Shown here one piece after another: positions 1 through 10,757 of a stretch of DNA of 56,477 nt. Where the stretch lies: NCBI GenBank assembly GCA_012032275.1, contig JAAURK010000001.1, positions 1-56,477 of the forward strand. The letters run 5' to 3'. Source of the DNA: Tabrizicola sp. GTDB taxonomy: Bacteria; Pseudomonadota; Alphaproteobacteria; Rhodobacterales; Rhodobacteraceae. The notes beneath the pieces were generated by a model, which saw nothing but the letters and a program-made list of their open reading frames with translations, was not told where the DNA came from and ran no database searches. Numbering within the stretch: the first letter of the stretch is position 1; each line of letters starts with the position of its first letter. The position numbers were made by a program, and so were the translations under genes.

Positions 1-351
1 AGCGGAGCGTGAGCCAAGCCGCGCAAGGTTTTGCCGGGATGGGTTCTGGGAAGGGCGGGACGCGCTTCGTGATTCGGTGCAACAAGCACCGGACTGGGGA
101 GTCTGTTGGCGGGGAACCATGCCCCTGGTGAGACCGCACGAAAATTTCGGAAGCGCCGCAGGCGGTGGCGAGTTTGCAAAAGGGTTCCTTGGGCGCGCGC
201 ATTTGCGTCGCTGAAAGGAGAGGCTTCTACCTACATATGATGGATCATTTGGCGGAACCTCTGCTGCTGATCGCTCGAGTAACTGCTCATGCAACTTCCC
301 GCAATAGCCATGCGGCACTGCCGTCAGGCCTCATTCCGCCCTTTGCGATCC

Positions 352-1329
352 TCACAGACACAGTATCTCCGCCACCCCGCGGCGCCCGCCCTGCCGCGAA
401 AGCTGCACAACCAGATCGACGCTTCCCTCGCAGTACCGCTTCACCTCCTCGAACCCCATGCCCAGCCCTGCGGCCATGACCATAATCGCCAACCGATCAA
501 TGGCCTTCCGTGCGGTGTCGGCATGAATGGTTGTGAACGACCCGCCGTGCCCGGTGTTGATCGCTTCGAGGAAGGTCCGGCTTTCCTCGCCGCGCAACTC
601 GCCCAGGATAATTCGATCCGGTCGCATCCGAAGGGAGGCTTCCAGCAATCGTGCAGGTGTCCGTTCGCCTTGGCTGCTGCGATCCGCCTTGAGTGCCACT
701 GCGTTCTCCTGGCGGGGGAAGAGTTCATAGGCGTCCTCGATGGTCAAAATCCGCTCCCCCGGGTCCAACATCGACAAAAGCGACCGCGCGAAGGTCGTCT
801 TGCCAGTCGAGGTGCCGCCAGAAATCAGGATGTTCATGCGCTCTTCGACACAAAGCCGCATGGCCTCGACGACCTGCCCGGCTTCGGCCAGCCTCATCGC
901 CTCCTCTGCCCTTTCCCGACGCTTGGCGTCGAGATCGACGAGACCACCATATAAGAGGCGCGGCTCGATCAGCTGATCGGCCGAAACCTTGAATGGCCGG
1001 AACGTGATCGCCATCCCGCCTTCCACGATGGGCGGCGCCACAACTTGCGCCCGGATCGCCATGTCGCCCCAGACGATCTTTCCGGAGACGGTCGGCTTTT
1101 TCTCCGAGAACTGTACGCCGACCGCCGAAGCAATGGCCTGGCCAAGGTTGGTCGACAGGACCCGATCGATCGACAGATGCGCGACCCGCTCCATGTGGGT
1201 CGCACCCTTGCGCTCAATCCAGACCTTTCCGTCCGGGTTGATCGCCACCTCCACCAGATCGTCCCGCATGAACAATGGTGCGACCGGTGTCAGGTAAGTC
1301 CCGAGGAAACTCGGCCGATCATCCATCAC
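352..1329 (-). CDS. virB11: Type IV secretion traffic ATPase VirB11
   Basis: 325-aa ORF with Walker A GGTSTGKTT. ATGA overlap with the upstream virB10. Last gene of a colinear virB block. Confidence 0.9.
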   Translation of the reverse strand: MMDDRPSFLGTYLTPVAPLFMRDDLVEVAINPDGKVWIERKGATHMERVAHLSIDRVLSTNLGQAIASAVGVQFSEKKPTVSGKIVWGDMAIRAQVVAPPIVEGGMAITFRPFKVSADQLIEPRLLYGGLVDLDAKRRERAEEAMRLAEAGQVVEAMRLCVEERMNILISGGTSTGKTTFARSLLSMLDPGERILTIEDAYELFPRQENAVALKADRSSQGERTPARLLEASLRMRPDRIILGELRGEESRTFLEAINTGHGGSFTTIHADTARKAIDRLAIMVMAAGLGMGFEEVKRYCEGSVDLVVQLSRQGGRRGVAEILCL

Positions 1330-2647
1330 CAGATTTCCAGATCACGGTCGACCATGACCGTGATCGCGGCCCCGGGGGCGACGGTGATGATCGGCGGCAG
1401 GCTGGTGTAGGCCTCGACCGCCGAGCCCATGGCCGCACTCAGGTCCTCGCCCATGCTCTCGGCGGTGTCGGAACTTATCTCGTCAGTGTATTTCGCGGCG
1501 GCGACGGCGGGGGCGGCTCCGAGAAGGGAGATGAGTGCAGCCGACCCGAACCGTGCGCCGAACCGGGTGTTGACCTTGCCGGTGATGCCGGAGCGACCTT
1601 GGGCATCGCCACCGAAGGCTTCCATCTGCACGGACTGCCCATCTGGTGTGACAAGCCGCGTCCAGGCAACAAGAATGCGAGCCTGCCCGATGGCCACTTC
1701 AGAGGAGTAGTCACCGAAGAGACGCGACCCGGCGGGGATCAGGATCTGGGCCTGATCGAAGGACCAGACCGGCCGGGTCACGATCGCTGTAATCTGACCT
1801 GGCAGGCTCGAGTCGACCGCATTCTCAAGCGTGGCTTCGATCATCGTGCCTTGGAGGACTGTGTTTGACGGATTGGCGATCACTTGACTCACTTCCGTGG
1901 TGGTGGCTTCGCGCCCCGACTGCACGAAATCCCGTCCCGCCGCATCTCGACCCTCGGCTGGGGCCTCAGGCATCCCCATTCCGGCATCCTCTGCCCCACC
2001 CTTTTGACCATTGTCGAAGACGACCGAAGGTGACGCCACGCGGGCCGCAAGCTGAGCCTCGCGCTCGGCACGTTTGGCGGCAACTCAGCCTCCCGTTGGG
2101 CTTCCGCGGCACCCGCAGTGTCAGCGCTTGCCTTCAGGACGGCGATCTCCTGATCGAACTGCCGCCGCATGTCTTCCATGAGAGCGAGGGTTTGCGACTG
2201 TGCCTCTTCGAGCGCGAGCGCCAGTTCCTTGGCTGTCTGGTCCTTCTCGGCATCGGCCCTGTCGGCAAGAACACCCAGCTCGCGCTGCAGCCGTTCGACC
2301 TCGGACTGGAGTGTCGCGTTCCGCGCTTCAAGATCTTCCCGCTGTGAGGCCAGTTCCCCTTCAATGTCGGAGAACCCATCGCTCGCGGGTTTCGCGTCCG
2401 GTCCGGGTTCGATGGCGCCGAAGGGCGAGCCGCCACCCTGATCCTGGAATTCCTCGACGGCGGAGGTTTCGACATCGGGGATGGCGCGGCTGGAAGGCCA
2501 GACCGTCCAGAGCGCGGCAAGGCTCGCCCCTGCCAGCAGCGCGCCCATGCCAAGTCGCTGCTGCCGGGTCATTTTCGGCTTGGGTCGCTCGACCTTATAG
2601 TCCGGCTCTGCGCCCTTCTGCGGATCGGTCATCTCGGGTTGCGCCAT
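1326..2647 (-). CDS. virB10: VirB10/TrbI core-complex protein, reading frame broken once near 2076-2086
   Basis: The N-terminal TM plus coiled-coil part lies in ORF 1889..2647. The conserved C-terminal beta-barrel part (QGTMIEATLENAVDSSLPGQI...) lies in ORF 1326..2039. By hand, ...AEAQREAEL then AAKRAEREAQLAARVASPSVVFDNG joins if one base is restored. Confidence 0.85.
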
Positions 2648-2648
2648 G

Positions 2649-3398
2649 TCAGAACTCCCATCCCTGGAGCTTGGCGAGCAGGGCTGGGTCGGTGGTCACG
2701 CCTCCGTCCACCCGCTCGATGCAAAGGACCTGCGTGCCGATCCGGATCGAATAGGCAGAGCGGAGCCCGGACACGCGGACGATGCTGCCGCGCGTGCCGG
2801 AGTTCAGCGTCACCTCGCGACCCGTCGCATCGACGCCGAAGATCGAAGGCCGAAGTCCTGGCGCGAAGGCGAAGTAGGTCGCTTGCCCGTCGTTCCAGAT
2901 ATGGACGGGTTTCAGGGTCTTATCGCCCGACCAGGCATAGCCGATGTCGCGCGTCCCGGCGGCCGCCGTGCTGCGGGCCGAGCGGCTCGTGCCGGTCTCA
3001 GGATAGCGCAGGACCAGGCGGTAGGTCGGGTTGCGGGACCGGCCCTCGCTGATCGACAGCGAGATCGTGCGACGCCCCGTGTAGATCATCATGTTGGTCT
3101 CAGCCCCGGCGATCAGGGGTTTCACGGACACCGTGGTCCGATTCGAGAGCACCTCGACCTCGAAGGCTTCGCTGTCGCCGAGAAGGACGGAATCGATCCG
3201 CTCGCCCGCGCCCAGTTCGATGGCGGTGTTCACACGCAGATGCGTGTCGAGCCGGACGACATCGACGGGGTTATAAAGGACCGACCGGACACGGGCATCC
3301 GCGCCCATCGACGCGGGAGCAACTTCGGCGATGGCAGCACTTGCGACGCCAAGGGCGCAGGCGAAGGCAAGTCCCGGGAGAAGGATGGAGCGGGTCAT
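2649..3398 (-). CDS. virB9: VirB9 outer-membrane core protein
   Basis: 249 aa with a signal peptide. Sits between virB8 and virB10, with an ATGA overlap with the virB8 stop. Confidence 0.85.
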   Translation of the reverse strand: MTRSILLPGLAFACALGVASAAIAEVAPASMGADARVRSVLYNPVDVVRLDTHLRVNTAIELGAGERIDSVLLGDSEAFEVEVLSNRTTVSVKPLIAGAETNMMIYTGRRTISLSISEGRSRNPTYRLVLRYPETGTSRSARSTAAAGTRDIGYAWSGDKTLKPVHIWNDGQATYFAFAPGLRPSIFGVDATGREVTLNSGTRGSIVRVSGLRSAYSIRIGTQVLCIERVDGGVTTDPALLAKLQGWEF

Positions 3399-4087
3399 GG
3401 GTTGGTCTCCAGGGTTTCGGCGTCGACGCGGTAGGCCGAGACGGTGAAGCCGAGCGGGTTTTCCCAGACATGGGCGAGGGAGCGCTCGGTCTTCGGCTCG
3501 AAGGCGAACTCGACCGTGGCGACGAAGGGTTGGGTCACCGGCTCCTGCTTCGTCTTGCGTAGGGTTTTCAGGAAGCGGATCTGGGCGATGTCTCGCGAGA
3601 GGAAGGTGATCCGGCGCACAGTCACTGTGACTTCTGCGCCTGGCCCATAGACATCGGGTGGATAGGCCGTGTTTCCCCCGCCTTTCGACCAGAGAAGCCG
3701 CAGGCTTTCCTCCGCGCCCCCTGTGGAGCGGCGCTGCACGCTCTCAAGCCGGGCCTGAATGCCGGCCAGAAAATAGCCCTCGCGGTCGGAGACGTAAGCT
3801 ACGAGGAGGCTTTGCTTTAGAGCTTCCTGATCCTCGATCCCGGTCGGGGCGACCTGCAGGATGTTTTCGGCGTCCCCGGTCTGGCGGTCGACGAGGACGG
3901 TGAAGACCTGGGTTTCCCGCAAGGGCAGGACGAGGACCAGCGCGGTTGCAAGGATCAGGCTCAACCCGCCTGCGGCATTCGCGACGATCCAGGCACGCCG
4001 GGCCGAGAGGCGGGGCTCCAGAACGAGATCGACATCAAATCCATGCGCCTCCATGGGCGGTTCTCCACTTCTCGAATTCTGGGGCAT
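3395..4087 (-). CDS. virB8: VirB8 bitopic inner-membrane protein
   Basis: The conserved part starts at MPQNSRSGEPPMEAHG (ATG at 4087). It has one TM helix followed by a periplasmic domain. The longer ORF to 4312 is an Arg-rich upstream extension. Confidence 0.8.
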   Translation of the reverse strand: MPQNSRSGEPPMEAHGFDVDLVLEPRLSARRAWIVANAAGGLSLILATALVLVLPLRETQVFTVLVDRQTGDAENILQVAPTGIEDQEALKQSLLVAYVSDREGYFLAGIQARLESVQRRSTGGAEESLRLLWSKGGGNTAYPPDVYGPGAEVTVTVRRITFLSRDIAQIRFLKTLRKTKQEPVTQPFVATVEFAFEPKTERSLAHVWENPLGFTVSAYRVDAETLETNP

Positions 4088-4169
4088 CAGCTTTTGTCCG
4101 GTGTCCGGCTGGCGAGCCGCATTGCGGTCTGCACCGCGGACCGCCCGATCTGTCCGGCGGTATTGCCGT

Positions 4170-5105
4170 TCAGGCGCGCATCCGATGGACGCGGCCGCCA
4201 GCATCCAATCCAGCCGCTCCCCGGACCGCGCCGATCCCGGACGCGATGCCGGTGCGCCCGTATCCCTTGGCGCTGTCCGCTGTGCGGAAGGTCGAGGCTG
4301 CGACACTGCCAAGACCGGTCGCGGTCGACGCGAGCGACTGCGCGATCGTCGGCACCATGGCCATAAGGCCGGTGCCGAGCATCATGACGACCACGAAGCT
4401 CAGGACATCGCCGATGGTTTCCACCGAGGCGAGGGAGGCAGGTGTCAGGTCCTCCGCGATGTAGATCGTGAAGGCCGCCATGCCGGACGTCAGCATCGGA
4501 TAAAGAGCAAAGCCGAGGGCAAGGTTCACCCACCGGTCAAAGAGCGGGGCGGTGACTTTGAAAAGTGTGCAGCCTATTGCGACGGGCGCGAAGATGACGA
4601 GGACGCCGATCATGATCTTCGCGGCAGAGATCACGATGATCGACACGGTCGCCATGAGGGCCGCGACGAGGAACATCAGGAGGCCCGCAAGGGCACCGGT
4701 GATGTAGCTGCCATTCTGGCTTATCGCTTGACCCACATCGAGAGCTTGCAGGTAAAGGGCATCCAGGCCGTCGTAGAGATTGCCCGAACCATCCCCGAAG
4801 GCGTTCATCACCACCGCACCGATTTCACTCGGGGCATTGGTCAGGACACCGTAGACCGCATTGAAGTTGGTCCAGGACGACAAGAAGGCCGAGGCAACCG
4901 CGATCCGCACCATCAGACCGAGCCCGTTGCGCAGGGTCATCGGAACGGCCTGCGCCATCAGGTTGATCCCGACCAGAGCCACCACCAAGACCGACCCGAC
5001 CCGGAAGACCGGCACGATCTCGGCGGCCACGGCATCAAATGCGGTGGCGCCAACCGCTGTTGCAGCGGCATCGACCTGGGTCAGGATGTCGGCAATGATG
5101 GCCAT
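4170..5105 (-). CDS. virB6: VirB6/TrbL polytopic membrane protein
   Basis: 311 aa with multiple hydrophobic helices. Canonical position between virB5/eex and virB8. Confidence 0.75.
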   Translation of the reverse strand: MAIIADILTQVDAAATAVGATAFDAVAAEIVPVFRVGSVLVVALVGINLMAQAVPMTLRNGLGLMVRIAVASAFLSSWTNFNAVYGVLTNAPSEIGAVVMNAFGDGSGNLYDGLDALYLQALDVGQAISQNGSYITGALAGLLMFLVAALMATVSIIVISAAKIMIGVLVIFAPVAIGCTLFKVTAPLFDRWVNLALGFALYPMLTSGMAAFTIYIAEDLTPASLASVETIGDVLSFVVVMMLGTGLMAMVPTIAQSLASTATGLGSVAASTFRTADSAKGYGRTGIASGIGAVRGAAGLDAGGRVHRMRA

Positions 5106-5108
5106 CGA

Positions 5109-5615
5109 TCACTTGGCCCGGCAACTTTGCTCGAGATCGCGAAACCGCGCTTCGGTCGCGCGCCGATCTTCATTGCGGATGCGTTCCAGTGCTGGACGGT
5201 CTGCATCGGTCAGTTCCGATGCTGACTTGCCCATCTCGGTCTTTATGAAGGCATCGAAGGTGAAGCCCTCGAAGAGGCAAGCACAGGAGCCTTCTTCAAG
5301 CCGCCGCGACATGGCCACGCGGAAGTAGGCCTGCCGAGCCACTGCGCGGAACTTCCAATCGGTGATCCCATCGGGCAGATCGATCACCTCTTCGCAGGCA
5401 GGCCTGTCTGCGGCGGCAAAGATCCCGGTCCCGCGACGCTGCATTTCGGTCAGGAGGTCCAGCGCGGCCTCCGCATCCTGCGCCACCACCGCTTCCCGGG
5501 TTCTTTCGGCCAGCTGCGCGTTGCTGAAAGAGGCGAGGTCATCCGCCGCCGCGACGTTGGCGATGCAGACCAAGGCAATAACTACCGCAACCCGGTAAGA
5601 GGCCCGCACCATCAT
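5109..5615 (-). CDS. Secreted 168-aa protein in the eex (entry-exclusion) position
   Basis: Starts MMVRASYRVAVVIALVCIANVAAADD (signal peptide, weak lipobox ALVC). ATGA overlap with the virB5 stop. Sits between virB5 and virB6, as eex does in pKM101-type loci. Confidence 0.5.
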   Translation of the reverse strand: MMVRASYRVAVVIALVCIANVAAADDLASFSNAQLAERTREAVVAQDAEAALDLLTEMQRRGTGIFAAADRPACEEVIDLPDGITDWKFRAVARQAYFRVAMSRRLEEGSCACLFEGFTFDAFIKTEMGKSASELTDADRPALERIRNEDRRATEARFRDLEQSCRAK

Positions 5616-6420
5616 TCGGCTCCCGAATAGTCGAAAAAGCTCTTTTCCTTGGCCTGTTCTGCGGCCCAGTTCACGCCCGTCTGACCTGCGGCGAGCCCCG
5701 CAGCCGCGTTCAGCCGCCACATCTGTCCGAGCATGTAGTTGGTCTCGGCCGCCATCCGCGTGTTGAGGTCGATGCTTTCTTTGAGCGTGTCCTGGTTGGC
5801 GATCTCTTCGACAAGGCCGTCGATCCGCGCGAGGCTTTGGGCGGCTTCCTCGTAGGAGAGCTGCGCCACGCCCATGGCCGTTGCACTGGTGGCCGCGGTC
5901 GTCGCGATGAGCTTGTCCTGCGGATTGGTGGAGGAGGACAAGCCGGCAAGGGTTTCCGAGGTCAGCCCGGCGCCTTCCAGCGTGTCGCGCATATATTCGG
6001 CGGCCATCTTGTCGCCCATGGTCACGTCGACATCGAGCAGGTTGTCCAGAAGCCCATCGAAGTCCCCGATGGTCAGTGCATCCTGGAAACCGGAGAGATC
6101 GGTGATCTTGGCTGCCCGCGAGCGCAGGTCCTCCACCGAATTGTAAAGGCTTGCGATCTCGTTCAGGCCCGAGATCGACCCGAGTATGCCTTCGAGGTTG
6201 GTCAGCTGCTCGAGACCGGTCTCGACCTGCTTCTTCAACTCTTCGATCTGCGCAATCTGGTTTCGGCATCGCGAAGTGCCGCCTGCAACTGCTCGATGTT
6301 CTTGGCAAGGTTGGTGCCGTCGATGACGGGCACGCCTTGCGCCAGAAGAGGTGATGCCAGAAGCGATGCACAGACGGCGAGCGCGAGACGCGCCCTCGTT
6401 CGAAGGACGAAAGGTCTCAC
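5612..6420 (-). CDS. virB5: VirB5 minor pilin/adhesin-like protein, frame broken near 6257-6264
   Basis: GTG start at 6420 overlaps the upstream stop (GTGA). The signal peptide plus LLAQGVPVIDGTNLAKNIEQLQAALRDAE lies in the frame of ORF 6235..6696. The rest (NQIAQIEELKKQVE...FFDYSGAE) lies in ORF 5612..6502. The junction is at an AAA run. Confidence 0.7.
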
Positions 6421-7519
6421 GGAGTGTACTCCCAGAAGGTGGTGTATTGCAGGGATTGCGCGGCGTCTGAGAGCCCGCGGGCCGCCTCGACCTTGACGGC
6501 ACCGGCGCGCAGCCGAAGCGTCAGGGCCATGAGGCGCGCGCGCTCGGCGAGCATATAAGTGTTCTGATCCACCGCTTCTTTCGGGGTCTGGGGCTTGGCT
6601 TCTTCCAGGAACCCCTTGATCCGGGCCATGGCCGCCTCGATCTGCCCCGACTGCTGGCCGGAATAGCCGATGAAGGCCGAGGACATATTGCCCCATTCCG
6701 CACTGGCGCCGTCCACCCCCGCCAACGTGCCCGTCACGTCCGCGCCGGTGATCACCGAAAGATAGGCGTCGTAGTAGCCCGAAATCCGGCGGACGTAGTT
6801 CTGGGTTTCTTCAAAGGGCGGGATGCCGCCATATTTCTGGACGTTGCCCGGGCGGCGTTATAGGCCGCAAGCGCGAAGTCGATCCGACCGAAGCTGTTGA
6901 GCTGTGTCGCGAGATAGCGTGCGCCGCCATCGAGGTTCTGCAGCGGATCGGTCGGATCGACGCCGAGATCGGCGGCAGTGCCGGGCATCAACTGGCAAAA
7001 GCCCATGGCTCCGACCGGGCTGATCGCCGCGTTGGAGAACCCGCTTTCCTGTTTCACCAGCGACTGGAAGAGAATGCGCCAGGTTGTGGGCGTGAGCCCG
7101 ACCTTCAAGACGCCGGGGTGTGTTTCATAGCGCGCCGCCGTGGCGATGATCATCGCCTCCACCGTCTCGCCTTCACCGAAGAGCCGCTGGCTTTCCGGGC
7201 TTGTCTCCTCAAGCGGATAGACCTCGTCGGCATCAGGAAAGGCTCCCGCCCCCGTCTCGAAGCCGCTGAGATCGGTCACGCCAGTCGTATCCGCGAGGAA
7301 GCGTTCATAAGCGGCCAACTGGTCGTCTTCGATCTCGCTGAGTTCCGTGCGCGTGGCGAGTTTCTCCCCCTGCTTCACCGCGTCCTCAGCCTGTTCGACA
7401 AGTCGTGAGATGAAGTTCGACAGCCGCGAGCCGTCGATGATCGGCACGCCTTGGGCCAGGAGGCCCATGGGCAGAGCAGTGCCGAGCAGAAGCCCGAGAA
7501 GAAGGGGGCCGCGACGCAT
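6417..7519 (-). CDS. VirB5-like / SLT lytic transglycosylase chimera, frame broken near 6850-6856
   Basis: The N-terminus MRRGPLLLG...[14 protein letters not shown] and the VTDLSGF motif are paralogous to VirB5. The SLT core reads [26 protein letters not shown]...AAYNA. Restoring one base gives [33 protein letters not shown], which runs into ORF 6417..6755. Confidence 0.75.
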
Positions 7520-7527
7520 GCGGTGGC

Positions 7528-7734
7528 TCAGTTCGCGCAAGGTGCGTCGGGCGCGTTCATCGTCGAGACGACGACCGTCGTGCCGTCACTTTGCTCCCGC
7601 GCCGCGAAATACTTGCCCTCGGCTCTGAACTGACCATGACAGGGGGAAACGGCCCCCGTTTCGACGCCAGCACAGGCGGAGAGGAGGGTGAGCCCGAGAA
7701 GGGAAAGGGGGATTGGGCGGTTGCGTCGGGTCAC
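7528..7734 (-). CDS. VirB7-like small lipoprotein
   Basis: 68 aa with lipobox LLSAC. ATGA overlap with the virB4 stop. Confidence 0.55.
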   Translation of the reverse strand: MTRRNRPIPLSLLGLTLLSACAGVETGAVSPCHGQFRAEGKYFAAREQSDGTTVVVSTMNAPDAPCAN

Positions 7735-10108
7735 GTCATGTCCTTCCAGAAATCGGGGGTATCGCGCCAGCCATAGGGGGCGCGGTCTTCGCCGGATCGG
7801 CCACCGCCAAGAACGGCAAGTGCAGGTCCGAGGGCGGTGAGGTCCATGTTCACGAAGACCGAGTCCCCGGCCGAGCGCAGGAGGGCGAGGCGCAGGCCAC
7901 CTGTCGGCGTACAGAGGAACTCGGCCTCTTTCTCGTTCAGCCGCAGGATCCGGTAATCCTCGGGGTTGGCGCGCGGGTTCGGATAGAGAAGCTGGGTCAC
8001 CACGCTTTCCGCGATGATCTGGCCGACCTTGACCCGTGTCAGATGCGTCGGTGTCTGGGTCAGCATCATTACCACGGCGTTCTTCTTCCGCATGGTGACA
8101 AGCCAGTCATGCAGGCGCTTCTCGAAGATCGCATCGTCGAGCATCTTCCAGGCCTCATCGATGACGATGAGGGTCGGACGGCGATCCTCGATCACTCGCT
8201 CGATGCGGCGGAAGAGGTAGGCCAAAAGCGCCGAGCGTTCGGTCCCGAGATCGAGGATTTCCGACATGTCGATGCCGACCACATCTTCGGACAGGCTGAT
8301 CTGGGATGTGGCCCCGGGCCCAAAGAGCCAGCCATGCCGGCCCCCCTGCCCCCATTCCCGGACCCGGCCCACCAAGTCGCCCTCGTCGTCGGTCGAGGCG
8401 ACGAGGGTTGCTAGGCCATCAAACGTCCGAAGGCGCGGATCGGCCGAAACGATCTGACGAACGGCAGCGTTCAGGCTGACGGTTTGGGCGGTCTCGAAGG
8501 GGCGCGACCCTGCAAGGATGTCACCGAGCCAGTCGGTGAGCCAGGCCGCCCCGCGCTCATCGGTCTCGGTCTGGAACGGATTGAGGCCGGTCGCCTCGCC
8601 GATCCGGATCGCGGAATAGCCGCCGCCCAAGGCGCGGACGGCCATCTCGAGGCCCCGGTCCTTGTCGATGACGAGGACTCGGGCATGCACCCGCCGGGCC
8701 TGCGCCATCAGAAAGGCCGTGCCGAGGGTCTTGCCCGACCCCGTCCGGCCCAGCACCAGCGTGTGGCCGGCACTCGGCTCGGCACCCCGCTCGCCCTTGT
8801 CGTGGAAATTGAAGCGATAGAGGCTTGAGGTGACCGTCGGCAGCGCCGTGATGGTCTCGCCCCAGGGCGACTGCACCTTGGAGCGACCTTCTGTCACCCG
8901 GTGGAGTGCTGCGAGATGGGCGAAGTTCTGGGCGGACAGAAGTGCTGTGCGCGGTCGGTAGGCCCAGTTGCCCGGGGCTTGGCCAAACCAGGCCGCGCGG
9001 GCGGCAAAGCTCTCACGCACCAGAGTCGCCCCGCAATCTTGCCCGGCGCGCCAGACCTCTGAGGCCGCTACCTCCAGCTGTTCCGGGCTGTCGGCCGTAA
9101 CCATGACCGTCAGGTGATGTTTGCCGAAGACCTGTCGGCCCGAGGCGACATTGTCCGCAGCCTCATAAAGCTCTTCGCGCAGGGTTTCGGCGGCATCTTC
9201 CGAGGCGCGCATCTGGCGTGCCGTGCGCTTGATGCGCTCTTCGATTTCGTTGTTCCGCGCGGGGGTGAAGCTGTTGGTGATGACGATGTCGTAGGGCAGT
9301 TCCAGCGCGTCGAGCATCCGCGCCCAAGTGCGGGCCGGATAGGATTTCACGCCGAAGATCGTCCCGAAACGCTGCCCGGCGCTGGTATCGATCTCCACCC
9401 GCTTGCCGGCAAAGGTTAACTGTGTTGACGCGACGGCCTCGGCAAGAAACTGGCCGCGCATCGGCAGGACCTTGGCCATCGGCTGGCCAAGTACGACGCC
9501 CATAAGGCCGAGCCATTCCCCGGAGGAAACGGTCAGCCGCCGGAAGCCCAGACCCTGGCAGGCCCCGGCCAGAAGCCCCATTGCTTCATTCAGGCGTTCG
9601 ATCCTCTGGCCAAGATCGCCGGTGAAGGCCGCCTTGAAGAGTGCACCGATCAATGGGGCTCGCTTCAGCGCAGTGGGGCGGAGGATAAGGGACACCACCA
9701 GAACCCGGCGTTTCAGGGTGCGGGCACGGAGATGTTCTTGCCAGCGGGTATCGACCATGGCCGCAAACGCGGCCCCAGTGCCCTCACCATCGAAGGGCTT
9801 CAGCTGGGGCGCGTCCGGCAGGGTCAGCTTGGAGACATGGAACCCGAAGCCTTCGCCCAACTGGCCGATCAGCCGCGCAAGCGAGGTGGTCACGAGCGAG
9901 AGGTCCCCTCTTCCGTCGTGAAACTGTCCTGCCCCTCGACCACGGCCGAGGCGATCAGATCACCCTGTCGGGTCAGGATCAGATTGTCCGCAGGTGCGGA
10001 CAGCCAGGGCAAGTGCCTGGCGAGGGTCTCGGCTGCGAGATCCTCGGGCCTCAAGACAGATCGAAGCGCCGGGTTGGCCGCGAAGAGGGATTTGAGGTCA
10101 GCTGACAT
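7731..10108 (-). CDS. virB4: VirB4 ATPase, frame broken near 9905-9908
   Basis: The 720-aa ORF carries Walker A GRTGSGKT. The missing N-terminal ~70 aa (MSADLKSLF...VVEGQDSFTTEEG) are in ORF 9890..10207. Restoring one G in a GGGG run gives TTEEGDLSLVTTSLARLIG. The corrected length is ~792 aa, typical for VirB4. Confidence 0.9.
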
Positions 10109-10382
10109 GGCGATCTCCGCCAAAAGCTGACTTGCCCCGTGTGCGCGGGGTCCGGGAGAAGACCACCGCGACCGTCTCGAAGAGGTTCGGGTTGCGGTCT
10201 GCCACAAACCACAGGACCGGATAGCCGATGATGCCGATCAGCAGAAACCGCCAATCGTTGGCGCCCACGAAGGGAATGACCGAGCCCAGCATCAGGCTCA
10301 CGAAATAGCCGATGGGCAGGCCGAAGATCTTCGGCGGCCGGGTGAGGCCGAGAAACAGGGGCGCGTCATGCATGGAGAACAT
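10098..10382 (-). CDS. virB3: VirB3 small membrane protein
   Basis: 94 aa with LFLGLTRPPKIFGLP and two TM segments. Directly upstream of, and overlapping, virB4. Confidence 0.75.
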   Translation of the reverse strand: MFSMHDAPLFLGLTRPPKIFGLPIGYFVSLMLGSVIPFVGANDWRFLLIGIIGYPVLWFVADRNPNLFETVAVVFSRTPRTRGKSAFGGDRHVS

Positions 10383-10438
10383 CCGGGGGCTGGCCAGGCC
10401 GGGTGTGCGATGCCACCTGGCCTGTCGCCAGTCCCGCC

Positions 10439-10752
10439 TCAGGGGGCCGCAAAGCCGTCGATGATGGTCGCGGCCGAGAAGACGAGGACCACACCGAAGA
10501 AGATCGCAAGAAAGAGGGGCCAGTTCAGACGACCGGTGAACATCATGTAGCCGGCAGCGACGACGGCGAGGATGGCGATCAGCCGCCCGATCGGCCGGTC
10601 AGCCCGTCCACCACGACCTGCAGCATGTTTTCCAGGGGGTCGAGGTTCTGCGCGAGGGCAGGTTCTGCGAGGATTGCCGCGAAAGGCAGCGCCAGCAAAA
10701 GGGTGTGAAAAGCCAGGCGCGGCAATAGCGCGCCAAAAAGACTGCGGAACAT
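10439..10752 (-). CDS. virB2: VirB2 pilin, frame broken near 10589-10598 (absent from the ORF track)
   Basis: Hand translation gives MFRSLFGALLPRLAFHTLLLALPFAAILAEPALAQNLDPLENMLQVVVDGLTG. After restoring one C it continues PIGRLIAILAVVAAGYMMFTGRLNWPLFLAIFFGVVLVFSAATIIDGFAAP*. This is a long leader plus two hydrophobic helices. Confidence 0.65.
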
Positions 10753-10757
10753 GGGAG

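Noticed and set aside
1-351. Possible coupling-protein (virD4) start or oriT downstream of virB11
   Set aside because: There is no minus-strand ORF of useful length and no recognisable nick-site repeat structure. The plus-strand ORF 165..479 overlaps virB11 and looks spurious.
3861-5225. 454-aa plus-strand ORF covering virB8/virB6
   Set aside because: It is antisense to two well-supported T4SS genes. The product is Arg/His/Asp-rich and low-complexity, typical of a shadow ORF in ~65% GC DNA.
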